Notes: generated by a model from the sequence alone, not told the origin. A DNA stretch of 64,000 bases from an uncultured Candidatus Rokubacteria bacterium (GCA_963805625.1 CAWDVE010000010.1:1536001-1600000); one strand, 5' to 3'. Counted from the stretch's first letter, positions 9,671 through 19,583 are shown. Numbers and translations: made by a program.

Positions 9671-10678
9671 TCAGGTGAGCTCGGGCTCCTTGCCACGCTC
9701 CGCTTCCATCGCGCCGATCGCCTCGTCGACGCCGCTGCGGTCGTGGACGATCGCCGACACGGCGGCCGCGATGGCCCGCGGGTCGTCCGCGCCCGGGTAG
9801 AGGACGTTCCGGCCGATCATGGCGCCCCGGACGTTCGCGCCCGCCGCCATCCCCCGCCGCAGGTCCTCGAGGACCGGCCGGGCATCCCCGACCGCCTCGC
9901 CGCCCAGGAGCACCAGCGGCAGCGTCGTCGCGCGCGCGACGCGCTCGAACTCCGGGCAGGTCGGCAGCTTGATCCAGGTGTAGAGGGAGCTCGCCCCCAG
10001 GGCGGACGCCACGCTGACGGCGTCGATCAGGGCCCGCGCCGTGCGGACGACCTTGTAGGTCCCGTTGTCGCGGACGACCGGCAGGGGCTCGAGGAACGAC
10101 AGGAGGCTCGACTCGGCCAGCTCGCTGACCGCCCGCACGCACCCCTCGATCGTGGCGAGCGAGCCGCGATCCGTGGGGTCGATGCGCACCATGAACTTGC
10201 CGCCGTCCAGCCCCAGAACGAGCATCCGGCGCGTCGTGAAGGCCGTGAACCGGTCGTCCATCTCCCAGGTGGACCCCGGCAAGCCCCCGCGGTTCATGCA
10301 ACCGATCAGGAGCCGCTCGTCGAGCGGGCTCTGCCCGCCCCGCTCGCGGATGAGCCCGGCCAGGATCAGGAGATCCTCGACGATGTCCGGCGTCGACATG
10401 ACGCCGTCGATCCCCGGATGGCTCAGGACCCGGAGGATCCGCGCCAGGAACTCGTGGCGGTCCGCCATGGCCACGGGATCGTCCTGGATCTTGAGGCTCG
10501 CGCGGCCGGGATGGTCCGCGGCCAGGATGACCAGCTTGCCGCCGGGCGCCGCCACGCGCCGCCGCGTGCGCCGGTCCGCCTCGCCGTCCGCAAAGCCGGG
10601 CTGTCGGACCCGGAGGTCGGTGATCGCATCGTAGATCTCGCGCGGCAAGTAGGCGCGCGCATCGAATCCCGTCGCCAT
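9671..10678 (-). CDS. Class I aldolase-like TIM-barrel protein (Cgl0159/DhnA-like)
   Basis: LAADHPGR, GCMNRGGL.G..WEMDDRFT, WIKLP, LLGGE, GRNVLYP. Confidence 0.8.
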   Translation of the reverse strand: MATGFDARAYLPREIYDAITDLRVRQPGFADGEADRRTRRRVAAPGGKLVILAADHPGRASLKIQDDPVAMADRHEFLARILRVLSHPGIDGVMSTPDIVEDLLILAGLIRERGGQSPLDERLLIGCMNRGGLPGSTWEMDDRFTAFTTRRMLVLGLDGGKFMVRIDPTDRGSLATIEGCVRAVSELAESSLLSFLEPLPVVRDNGTYKVVRTARALIDAVSVASALGASSLYTWIKLPTCPEFERVARATTLPLVLLGGEAVGDARPVLEDLRRGMAAGANVRGAMIGRNVLYPGADDPRAIAAAVSAIVHDRSGVDEAIGAMEAERGKEPELT

Positions 10679-10958
10679 CGTCGGCTCCTTCATCTACTGG
10701 TATCTGCTGGCATTGTCCGCTGGCGATCCCGGCCAGCCGCGGGTCGGGCGCGGTGGCCTCCCCCTCAGGCAGCGTGTGCCGCGCCAGGATCGCCGAAATC
10801 CGCCAGCCCCACAAGGGACGATCCGCGAGCGCCGCGGGCATGCCGCGCCCCTGCCCGGAGACCCTACATGAGTACGCTGCGCTGAAACCAGACCGCGTCG
10901 GCGAGGGTGCGGTGGCCACGTCGTGCGAGCTCGGGCAGCAGCCCTCGAGGCCGCTCCC

Positions 10959-11153
10959 TCACCAGCCCGAATCCCGCCCACCGGTGAGCCAGAAGAGGAG
11001 AGCGATGATTCCAGCCCACACCAGGAACAGGTACAGCACCAGGGAAGGGATGCCGAGGACCGCCACGGGCCGGTTCACCACGGTCAGGAAAGGCCACGAC
11101 AGGAGAACGAGGCCGAGCGCGAAGAGCGCGACGAGCAGGTCCTTGCTCTTCAT
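10959..11153 (-). CDS. Small 2-TM membrane protein
   Basis: MKSKDLLVALFALG...WPFL...LGIPSLVLYLFLVW; resembles small partners of solute:sodium symporter proteins. Confidence 0.7.
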   Translation of the reverse strand: MKSKDLLVALFALGLVLLSWPFLTVVNRPVAVLGIPSLVLYLFLVWAGIIALLFWLTGGRDSGW

Positions 11154-11267
11154 CGAGCGTTCCCCGGACGCCGCCGGCACCCCAAAGTGGGGGGATTATA
11201 GGCCGGCTCCGGGGCGCATGACCAGCCGGTCGGTCCCCGAACCCACGGCCGAGTATACTGACTGTAG

Positions 11268-13496
11268 ATGCGCCTGAATCTGCGCCTACTGGCGGCAATT
11301 TGGCTCCCGATCATGATGGTTGTCGGGACGTTCGCGTACGTCTCGGTGGAACGGGAGCACGCGCGTCTGTCCACCGAGCTCGAGCGCCGTGCGTGGCTGC
11401 TCGGTGAGGGCCTCAAGGAGGCGGTGGAGCCCCTGCTCGACCGGGGGTCCCGGGCGCAGATCGAGCGCATCGTTCAGCGCTTCGGGACTCCCTCACGCGG
11501 GGTTGCGGTGTACGATCGCTCCGGGACGCTCATCGCCGCAACGCGCAGTGGGCGCCCCTGCTCCAGGCACCCTTGCCGGCCGTCCCCCTGGCCCTGACCG
11601 ACGTCGCCCCCAAGCAAGGGTTCCAGTCCTTCGGCGGGCGCGAGACCCACTATTACGCCGTCCCCCTCGTCACCGATCAGCGGGCTCGCGGCGTGCTCGT
11701 CATCCTCTCCGACGCCACCCACATCGATCGCGCGCGGTGGGAGCTGGCGGAGCAGTACCTGATAGCGTTCGTCGTGCTCGTGGTGGCGCTCAGTCTTGTC
11801 ACGCTGTTAGTCGTGCGCAGAATCGTGACTCATCCGCTGAACCGGCTGGCGGAGTGGGCTCGCCAGCTCCGGGCCGGACAGCCCGGTCCGGCGCCACCCA
11901 TGCCGGATGAGGCCCTCTTCGGTCCGATCGCCTCCGAGGTGAGAGATCTCGCCCGGAGCCTCGCCAAGGCGCGGATGGCGATCGCCGAGGAAGCCCGGCT
12001 CCGGCTCCGGGGCGAGGCGGTGTGGACGGAGGAGCGGCTCGCGCAGTTCGCCCGAGCCCGTCTCGGGAAGCGGCCCCTGGTCGTCGTCTCGAACCGAGAG
12101 CCGGTGAGCCATGTGCGGCGGGGCCGCGGCATCGTCACGCTCACGCCCGCCAGCGGCGTCGTCACGGCGATGGAGCCCGTGATGCGCGCCTGCGGCGGCG
12201 TCTGGGTTGCCCACGGCAGCGGTGACGCCGATCGCGAGGTCGTCGACGAGCGGGGCATGATTCGCCTCCCGCCGGACGCCCCCCGATACGCCCTCAAGCG
12301 TCTCTGGCTCTCCGAGGAAGAGGAGACCGGCTACTACTACGGCTTCGCCAACGAGGGCCTGTGGCCGCTCTGCCACATCGTCCACGCCCGGCCCATCTTC
12401 CGCCCCGAGGACTGGCGCCAGTACGCGGTCGTCAACGCGAAGTTCGCGGACGCGGTGCTCGAGGAGATCGCCGACACGGATGACCCGGCCGTCCTGATCC
12501 AGGATTACCACTTCGCCCTGCTGCCCCGCCTCATCAAGGAGAAGCGTCCCGACGCCCACGTCGCGCTCTTCTGGCACATTCCGTGGCCGAACCCGGAGGC
12601 GTTCGGAATCTGCCCCTGGCAGACCGAGATCATCGACGGGATGCTCGGTGCCGACCTGGTTGGCTTCCACACGCAGTTCCATTGCAACAATTTCCTGGAA
12701 ACGGTGGATCGCATCGTGGAGGCGCGGATCGACTGGGAGCGTTTCTCGGTGGCGCGGAACCAGCATGACACGCTGGTCAAGCCCTTCCCGATCAGCGTGG
12801 CCCCCCGGTTCGTCGACGAGCCCCCCGCTACGAACCGGGCCGCGCTCCTTCAGGAGCTGGGTATCGACGTGGAGTTCCTGGGTGTCGGCGTCGAGCGCAT
12901 CGACTACACGAAGGGCCTCCCGGAGCGGTTCGCCGCAATCCGGCGCTTCTTCACCCAGCACCCGGAGTATCGAGGACGGCTGACGTTCGTCCAGCTCGCC
13001 GCGCCGAGCCGGAGCCGCATCACGCGGTACCGCGCGCTCGAGGAGGAGCTCGACCAGCTCACCGGCCAGATCAACGGGGAGCTCGCGAGCGGGAGCTGGC
13101 GGCCGATCGTGCTCCTCAAGCGCCATCACGACCACCGGGACGTCTGGCCGTTCTACCGCTGGGCGGACTTCGTGATGGTGACGTCGCTCCACGACGGCAT
13201 GAACCTCGTGGCCAAGGAGTTCGTGTCCGTCCGCGAGGACGGCGACGGCGTGCTCATCCTGAGCCGGTTCACCGGCGCCGCCCGGGAGCTCCGCGACGCT
13301 CTTCTCGTCAACCCCTACGACGTCGACGAGATGGCCGACGGCCATCCGGAGAGCCGTCGAGATGCCGGCCGGCGAGCGGCGGAGCCGCATGGCGCGGATG
13401 CGCCAGATGGTGAGCGAGCACAACATCTATCGCTGGGCGGGTCTCCTGCTCGGAGAGCTCGCGCGCCTGCCAGGCCAGGCGGACCGGTCCGACTGA
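11268..13496 (+). pseudogene. otsA: Trehalose-6-phosphate synthase (GT20) with N-terminal TM-sensor-TM-HAMP region; two frameshifts (pseudogene or sequencing errors)
   Basis: [46 protein letters not shown]; frame changes near 11546 and 13340; alternate frame continues AIRRAVEMP...HNIYRWAG to TGA 13496. Confidence 0.85.
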
Positions 13497-13543
13497 ACCG
13501 CCGCCCCTGACCCCGGCCCGGGCTAGGGCTACCTCCTGCCGCC

Positions 13544-14866
13544 GTGCGACTCAGCCCGAGCTGCGACCCCGCCCTGCGCCAGCTTGTGCGGAACGCGGGA
13601 TGGCTCCTCATGTCCGACGGAACCGTGCTCGTGGCCGGGCTCCTGGGAGCGTTGGTCGCCGCGAAGGGGCTGGGAGCGCCGGAGTTCGGGCGCATCACTC
13701 TCGTGTGGAGCGTGGTCGGGATCGCGCATCTCCTGGTGGACGTCCGGGCCTGGGAGGCCGTGACCCGGTATCTGAGCGAGTTCACCAGCCGACATGAGAC
13801 CGGATTGGCCCTCGCGACACTGAAGGTGGCGATCCTCGTGGAAGCGACCGTGGCCGTCCTCGGCTTCGGTCTGCTGTGGCTCACTTCCGCGTGGGTCGCG
13901 ACGCGGCTGTTCGGCAACCCGGCCCTCGAGACGCTCATCCTCCTGGGGGCGATGACGCTCGTGGTGGGCGCCTTCGACCGGACGGCCCGTGCCGTCCTGC
14001 GAGTGTTCGACCGGTTCCGCACGCTCGGGCTCTGCTCGGCGATCGAGGCGGTGGCCAGCCTCCTCTTCGTGGTCGGGGCGGTGGCCGCAGAGGCCAAGGC
14101 GAAGGGCGTGCTCATCGCCCACCTGGCGGCCGCCCTCGCCGGGGCTCTCATGCTGCTGGCGGTCGCCGGGCGCGAGGTCCACGCCAAGCTCTGGCCCGCG
14201 CGAGCAGCCGCACGGCTCGCCGTCGTGCTCCCCTACCGGCGCGAGATGCTCGCATTCGTCGGCCACAGCGCCGTTCGCGCGACGCTGAAGGTGGTGACAC
14301 GGCGGCTCGACCTCATCCTCCTCGGACACTTCCGACCGCCGGCGGAGGTGGGAACGTACGGCGCGGCCCTCCGGCTGACGCAGGTCCTAGAAGAAGTCAG
14401 CGATCCGCTCTACTTCGCGGCGTTCCCCCAGCTCGCGCGGGCGTGGGTGGAGGCGCGGGACGAGTTCGTCCGGTTGCTGCGCCAAATGGCGGCCGGCCTC
14501 GCGATTCTGACGACGGCCGCCGTCGGCCTAGGGGTGGCCGGAGCACCTCTGGTCGTGTCCCTCGCGCTCGGCCCGGACTACGCGGCGGCGCCGGCGCCGT
14601 TCCGCGTGCTGCTGCTAGCCACAGGAGTGGCGGTCGCGACGCTCTGGGCTACCCCCGCGATGCTGGGCAGCGGACAGCCGGCGGTCGCGACGGCGGCCGC
14701 GACGTCCGGGGCCGCGTGCCTGGCGGTTGTCCTCTTCGTCCTCGTCCCGACGTGGGGGATCACGGGCGCGGCCTGGGCCCGGGTCGGGGGCGCCTTCGGC
14801 TACCTGGTCGTGGTCCTGCCATGGCTGACGCGGATCACGAGGCGGTCGCCGGGAAACGGGGGTTAG
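13544..14866 (+). CDS. Oligosaccharide flippase / polysaccharide biosynthesis (Wzx-like) protein
   Basis: RNAGWLL, LGAPEFG, D..LLG.F....VGTYGAA; about 12 TM segments. Confidence 0.82.
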   Translation: MRLSPSCDPALRQLVRNAGWLLMSDGTVLVAGLLGALVAAKGLGAPEFGRITLVWSVVGIAHLLVDVRAWEAVTRYLSEFTSRHETGLALATLKVAILVEATVAVLGFGLLWLTSAWVATRLFGNPALETLILLGAMTLVVGAFDRTARAVLRVFDRFRTLGLCSAIEAVASLLFVVGAVAAEAKAKGVLIAHLAAALAGALMLLAVAGREVHAKLWPARAAARLAVVLPYRREMLAFVGHSAVRATLKVVTRRLDLILLGHFRPPAEVGTYGAALRLTQVLEEVSDPLYFAAFPQLARAWVEARDEFVRLLRQMAAGLAILTTAAVGLGVAGAPLVVSLALGPDYAAAPAPFRVLLLATGVAVATLWATPAMLGSGQPAVATAAATSGAACLAVVLFVLVPTWGITGAAWARVGGAFGYLVVVLPWLTRITRRSPGNGG

Positions 14867-15204
14867 TCCCCGAGGGTCGAGCATCGGGCGCGCACGTCGT
14901 CGGGCGACCGGCAATCCTTGACATGCTCGACCAGCGCTCCGAGCGGGGTGGCGCGCGCGCTGCCGTCCGGTGCCCCGGCCGTCAGTCGACCGAGGATCGC
15001 CTTGCCCTTCGGCGCGTCGAGATCGAGCTCGAAGAGCGTCTCGCCCGACGCGAGGCCGAGCCACTTGAGGGTGGTAATGTTCAGGCGACCGCCCTTGAAT
15101 CCGCCCTTGTCGTGGCTGACGAGGATCTTCTCGCCGCTGTCCAGGGCGATCTGGCAGAAGGCCCCCGCTTTGGGATCGGTCACGAACCGTCCGACCTTGC
15201 CCAT
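14863..15204 (-). CDS. Hypothetical protein
   Basis: GGAGG RBS; globular-looking protein MGKVGRFVTDPKAGAFCQI. Confidence 0.7.
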   Translation of the reverse strand: MGKVGRFVTDPKAGAFCQIALDSGEKILVSHDKGGFKGGRLNITTLKWLGLASGETLFELDLDAPKGKAILGRLTAGAPDGSARATPLGALVEHVKDCRSPDDVRARCSTLGD

Positions 15205-15238
15205 GGTCACCTCCCTGGTGGGGATGCCCCCACCCCCG

Positions 15239-15337
15239 TCAACCCATGACGAACCGGAAACCGAGGATCAACGACAGCGCGACCAGCAGCATGGCGACCC
15301 CGAGGACAATTCCCTCCCAGCCTTCCTTGATGCGCAT
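15239..15337 (-). CDS. Small single-TM protein (32 aa)
   Basis: AAGGAG RBS then MRIKEGWEGIVLGVAMLLVALSLILGFRFVMG*. Confidence 0.6.
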   Translation of the reverse strand: MRIKEGWEGIVLGVAMLLVALSLILGFRFVMG

Positions 15338-15419
15338 CTCGACGCTCCTTCGGGTGGGGAATACCTCTCGCGCCGTGGTCGATGCGTCGGCGCAGCCCGG
15401 GAACGATTCGAGAGCGGAG

Positions 15420-15737
15420 CTAGTGGTCTTCCGACGGAGACGGCGCCGCGGAGAAGTGCGGCGGCGGCGCGCGCCGGACGGCACGGAACGCGCGGCTCGA
15501 GGGCCGCAAGGGCAACGAGGCCGGCCGAGCGAGGGTGGCGCCTATCGGGACGGCGCCCCAGCTCGGGCACACCGTGACGAGGCGCACGGGAACGGCCGCC
15601 GGTCGCGCCGGGCGGGCCGTCCGGTCGCCCTGGACGACCTCGATGGACCCCGCCTCGAAGCTCACCGCTCCTGGCATCAGGGGGTTGGCGAAGTCCAGCG
15701 TCACGTAGAGGAGCAGGAGGAGCGGAAAGCGCCGCAT
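15420..15737 (-). CDS. Hypothetical protein
   Basis: Hydrophobic N-terminus then LDFANPLMPGAVSF; -10-like TAGGAT 8 nt upstream of ATG. Confidence 0.55.
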   Translation of the reverse strand: MRRFPLLLLLYVTLDFANPLMPGAVSFEAGSIEVVQGDRTARPARPAAVPVRLVTVCPSWGAVPIGATLARPASLPLRPSSRAFRAVRRAPPPHFSAAPSPSEDH

Positions 15738-15801
15738 CCCGGGCTATCCTAGCACCGGTCCCAGTGCTGGCGTCGCCGGTGGCCAACGACGACACTCGGC
15801 A

Positions 15802-16407
15802 TCACGGCAGCGCGGGAAGCCCGAGGAGGGCCCGGAGGTCCGCCGCGAGGGCGCCGAGCGACGCCGGCTCGTAGCGCGCCCGGATCCCGCCGGCCGCGTC
15901 GATGAGCGTCACCGCGCAGCTCGCCTCGACGCGCTCCCCCGCCCGCCGGACCTCGATGCCGTAGCGGCGCGTGACGACGTCGACCTGCCCGGCCCGGTCC
16001 TCGGTGAGAAGGATCCACGCGGGCGCCCGGAGGCCGTTGGCGCGCCCGAACTCCCGCAGCACGGCCGCCGAGTCCCGCGCGGGATCCACCGTCACCAGCG
16101 CGAAGAAGACGCGGCGTCCCGGAGCGTCCCCGAGCCCCCGCGCGACGTCGGCGAGTCCCGGCACGACGCCCGGGCAGGCCCCGCAGTCCGTGCAGCCAAA
16201 GGCGAGGACGACCGCCCGGCCCCGGAGCTGGGTGAGCCAGAGCCGATCGTTCTGCTGCGTGGTCAGGGCGAAGTTCGGCGCGGGGCTGCCGGGCGCCGGC
16301 GGCAGTGCCGTCGCGGCCCCCCCGGGGGCCGCCGACAGCCACGCCGCAGCCACCAGCAGGACCGTCAGACGGAGGCGCGAGCCGCACGTGGTCGGTCGGG
16401 TTGCCAT
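15802..16407 (-). CDS. SCO/SenC-like thioredoxin-fold protein
   Basis: APNFALT.Q, LRGRAVVLAF, TVDPARDS, LIDAAG.IR; signal peptide; atypical Cys motif. Confidence 0.8.
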   Translation of the reverse strand: MATRPTTCGSRLRLTVLLVAAAWLSAAPGGAATALPPAPGSPAPNFALTTQQNDRLWLTQLRGRAVVLAFGCTDCGACPGVVPGLADVARGLGDAPGRRVFFALVTVDPARDSAAVLREFGRANGLRAPAWILLTEDRAGQVDVVTRRYGIEVRRAGERVEASCAVTLIDAAGGIRARYEPASLGALAADLRALLGLPALP

Positions 16408-16473
16408 CGAGTCCTCGTAGATTCGGGCTCAGCATCTCTGCTCGGCATCCGGCACGCAAGAGGGCCGTGTTCA

Positions 16474-16502
16474 TTGACAGCGCTCTCCCCCCCGGGTAGG
16501 CT
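16474..16502 (+). promoter_or_regulatory. Sigma70-type promoter of the DUF169-MtaA fusion gene
   Basis: TTGACA (16474-16479), 17-nt spacer, TAGGCT (16497-16502). Confidence 0.65.
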
Positions 16503-16624
16503 CGGACCTGACGGACACGGCCGCCCGACACCCCCAGCAGCGCCATGACGCTCGACGAGTGCTCCCGGGGGCGACGCCTGCAGTCTTCCCGGTCTCGAGC
16601 GGCACCCACGTCGGAGGAGATCGC

Positions 16625-18472
16625 ATGGTGGATGCCAAGACCGCCGACCAGGCGCTCCAGACCTACGTCCGGCCGCAGACCTTTCCGGTGGCGATCCGCA
16701 TGCTGCGGCCCGGCGAGCCCATTCCGGAGCGGGCGCGGCGGCCGGCGCGAGACTTCGGCAAGCTCTCGATGAACTGCCAGGTCATCGACATGGCCCGGCG
16801 CTACGGATGGATGATCGCGCTCACACGCGAGGACAGCATCTGCTCCCTTGGGATCACCGCCCTCGGATTCGACCGGCCGACCCACCTGTACAACTCGGGC
16901 ACCCTCTGCGAGGGCATGTATACCGCGACCAAGGAGGCGGGCGCGCGCTCCGAGGCGGCGGTCGACAAGTTCGTGCCAGGCGAGTACCAGGCTCTCCTGG
17001 TGGCCCCGCTCGATCGGGCAACCTTCGAGCCCGACGTGGTCGTGGTCTACGCGAACCCGGCCCAGGTAATGCGGCTCACACAGGCGGCGCTCTGGAAGAG
17101 CGGCGGCCGGCTCGCGTCGTCGTTCCAGGGTCGGATCGTCTGCGCCGACATCATCGTGACGACGATGCAGACGGGGCTGCCCCAGGTGATCCTCCCCTGC
17201 TCGGGCGACCGGATCTTCGGGCAGACCCAGGACCACGAGATGGCCTTCGCGATCCCGTGGGACCGGATGCCGGAGATCATCGAGGGGCTCGAGGGCACGC
17301 ACCGGGGCGGCATCCGCTACCCGATCACCCAGTTCATGGAGTACGAGGCCAAGCTCCCCCCGAAGTACATGGAGGTGAACCGCCTCTGGGACGCTGAGCG
17401 CGGCAAGGGCGGGTACACGGGCCGCGACCACGTGGTGGCCGCCTACAAGCGAAGCTTCACCGACCGCGTGCCAGTCTACCCGATCGTCGCGTCCTTCGCC
17501 GGCACGCTGGACGGCCTCTCGATCGAGGAGTACTGCACCAATCCGGCCAAGGCGGCCAAGGCGATGCTCAACTACTACGACCGCTACCAGCCGGACGTGG
17601 TACTCGCCTACAACGACCTCGCCAAAGAGGCGGAGGCCACCGGCTGCCGCGTCAAATACTCGGACTACGTCGTCCCGTCCATCGAGAGCCACGTCCTCCA
17701 GGAGGACAAGGGCGCGCTCGCGCGGCTGGAGATCCCCGATCCCCTGACAGACGCGCGCCTGCCGGGGTTCCTGGAGCTCTGCGAAGGGCTGGTCGCGGCC
17801 AAGTTCCCGACGGCCGTCGGTGCCGTGGCGGTCGGGCCGTGGACCATCGCGATGCTCATGCGGAACCCCGAGGTGATGCTGCTCGACACCTTCGAGGACC
17901 CCCAGTTCATCCACGACCTCATGCGGTTCACCACGGAGTACTGCAAGCGCTGGGGCGACGCGATCGTGAAGACGAAGATCGGGCTCTCCTTCTCCGAGCC
18001 GACCGCATCGATCAGCCTGATCTCCCCGGACAACTACCGGGAGTTCATCGCGCCGTACCACAAGGAGCTGGTGGAGTACTTCAAGGCGAAGAAGGTAGGT
18101 CTCACGACCCACATCTGCGGGACCACCTATCCGATCTACGAAGACCTGATCGCGTGCGGGTTCGCAACCATCTCCTTCGACCTCGACCAGCAGGCCGACC
18201 CCAAGCTCCACGTGGACCAGCTCTCACGGTTCATGGCCGTGTCGCGCGGGCGCGCGGTCGCGATCGGGAACGTCGACGCCACCCTGTTCGAGCGCGCGTC
18301 CCAGGCCGAGATCGAAGCCGAGGTCCGGCGGTGCGTCGACACGGCTGCCCGGCATTCCGGCTTCATCCTGTCGACCTCCTGCGAGATCCCGCCACGCTCC
18401 AAGCCGGAGATCGTCCAGTGGTTCATGGATGCCACGCGGGAGTACGGGCGTTACGAACGCTTCATGAGCTGA
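16625..18472 (+). CDS. DUF169 domain fused to a UroD/MtaA-CmuA-family methyltransferase-like domain
   Basis: GGAGG RBS; N-terminal NCQ, NPAQVMRL, CAD, LPCSGDR; C-terminal DRVPVYP, GPWTIA, EPTAS, HICG, GNVD, GFILSTSCEIP. Confidence 0.82.
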   Translation: MVDAKTADQALQTYVRPQTFPVAIRMLRPGEPIPERARRPARDFGKLSMNCQVIDMARRYGWMIALTREDSICSLGITALGFDRPTHLYNSGTLCEGMYTATKEAGARSEAAVDKFVPGEYQALLVAPLDRATFEPDVVVVYANPAQVMRLTQAALWKSGGRLASSFQGRIVCADIIVTTMQTGLPQVILPCSGDRIFGQTQDHEMAFAIPWDRMPEIIEGLEGTHRGGIRYPITQFMEYEAKLPPKYMEVNRLWDAERGKGGYTGRDHVVAAYKRSFTDRVPVYPIVASFAGTLDGLSIEEYCTNPAKAAKAMLNYYDRYQPDVVLAYNDLAKEAEATGCRVKYSDYVVPSIESHVLQEDKGALARLEIPDPLTDARLPGFLELCEGLVAAKFPTAVGAVAVGPWTIAMLMRNPEVMLLDTFEDPQFIHDLMRFTTEYCKRWGDAIVKTKIGLSFSEPTASISLISPDNYREFIAPYHKELVEYFKAKKVGLTTHICGTTYPIYEDLIACGFATISFDLDQQADPKLHVDQLSRFMAVSRGRAVAIGNVDATLFERASQAEIEAEVRRCVDTAARHSGFILSTSCEIPPRSKPEIVQWFMDATREYGRYERFMS

Positions 18473-19506
18473 TGCTCCCGGTGATCCTGTTGCTCCTGGT
18501 CGTGGCCGGCGCCGCCACCGCCCAGGACTGGAGCGGAGCGTCGCTGCGGGGTGGGCGCCAGCTCACACTCCCGGACGGGTACCGGACGCAGGTCCTGGCC
18601 CGGGGCCTCCGGCTTCCGCAGGACTTGGTCATGGATCCCCCGGACGGCCTGTGGATCCTGACCCGCACGGCGCCCGGAAGCGATCGGGGCGCCGGCGCGC
18701 TGGTCCGAATCCCGCTCGACGCGCGGGAGCCCGTCGACGCGAATCAGCTCCGGGTCGTCCCCATCCCCTTCGCCTCGGCAAGCGTGCCTTTCGAGGCGGG
18801 CAGCCTGGCACGCCACGCGGGCTCCGGCGACCTCTACGTGACCGAGGCGCGAGGTCACCATCTCTTCCGCGTGACCCCGGAGGGCCGCGTCACGATCTTC
18901 GCCCGGGGCGGCAACGTGCTCGGGGACGGGCGGGCGCTCGTGTTCGACGCTCAGGGGCGGCTCCTGGTCCTCGACCACGCGGGCCGCGGTGTGGTCGCGG
19001 ACGCCGCGACCGACCCCCTGCGCGATCTGCTGGAAGCGGGCGAATCCTACCAGGGTCCGGTGGTCCACTGGCTCCGGGTGGACGAGACGCTCCCGCTCCC
19101 GCGCAACCTGGAGTACGCGGGAGTCGTGTTCCCCCCGCCCGCGCTCCGCCGCCGGAGGGTCGTCCTGCCTCGATACAGCAGTCTCGCCACCCTGGCCTCG
19201 GGCGAGGTGATTGCCAGCGCGAGCAACGGCGTGATCGACCAGCTTCGCCCCGACGGGACGATCGCGCGGCTGGCGCAACTGAGCGGCGCCGGGGCCGTTG
19301 TCAGCGGCGGCGCCGACGTGCTCTACGCGCTAGACTATCTTGGGGGGAGGATCGCCCGTGTCCACGCCAACGGCTCGGTGGAGCCGTTCGCCGGGGGCTT
19401 GACGCGACCGGTGGCCCTGACCGTGCTCGGCGACGGTGCCCTGGTCGTCGCCGAGGACACCGGCCGTCTCCTGCGAATCTTCGCTCAGCCCCGGGGCACG
19501 CCGTGA
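18472..19506 (+). CDS. Exported beta-propeller protein (NHL/SMP-30-like)
   Basis: ATG overlaps upstream TGA; signal peptide; repeats GLRLPQDL, GDLYVTE, GLTRPVAL, LVVAED. Confidence 0.72.
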   Translation: MLPVILLLLVVAGAATAQDWSGASLRGGRQLTLPDGYRTQVLARGLRLPQDLVMDPPDGLWILTRTAPGSDRGAGALVRIPLDAREPVDANQLRVVPIPFASASVPFEAGSLARHAGSGDLYVTEARGHHLFRVTPEGRVTIFARGGNVLGDGRALVFDAQGRLLVLDHAGRGVVADAATDPLRDLLEAGESYQGPVVHWLRVDETLPLPRNLEYAGVVFPPPALRRRRVVLPRYSSLATLASGEVIASASNGVIDQLRPDGTIARLAQLSGAGAVVSGGADVLYALDYLGGRIARVHANGSVEPFAGGLTRPVALTVLGDGALVVAEDTGRLLRIFAQPRGTP

Positions 19507-19583
19507 CGGGCCTGCAGCCGGGTGCCGACAGGCCTCCCGGGCGTGATTGACCTCGGTATCGGAGCAAGCCTAGCCTGACAGCC

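Noticed and set aside
15749-18211. Long antisense ORFs (820 aa here; also 28804..30903, 44959..47085, 51873..54356)
   Set aside because: Antisense to well-supported genes; expected from high-GC codon bias and they carry no motifs
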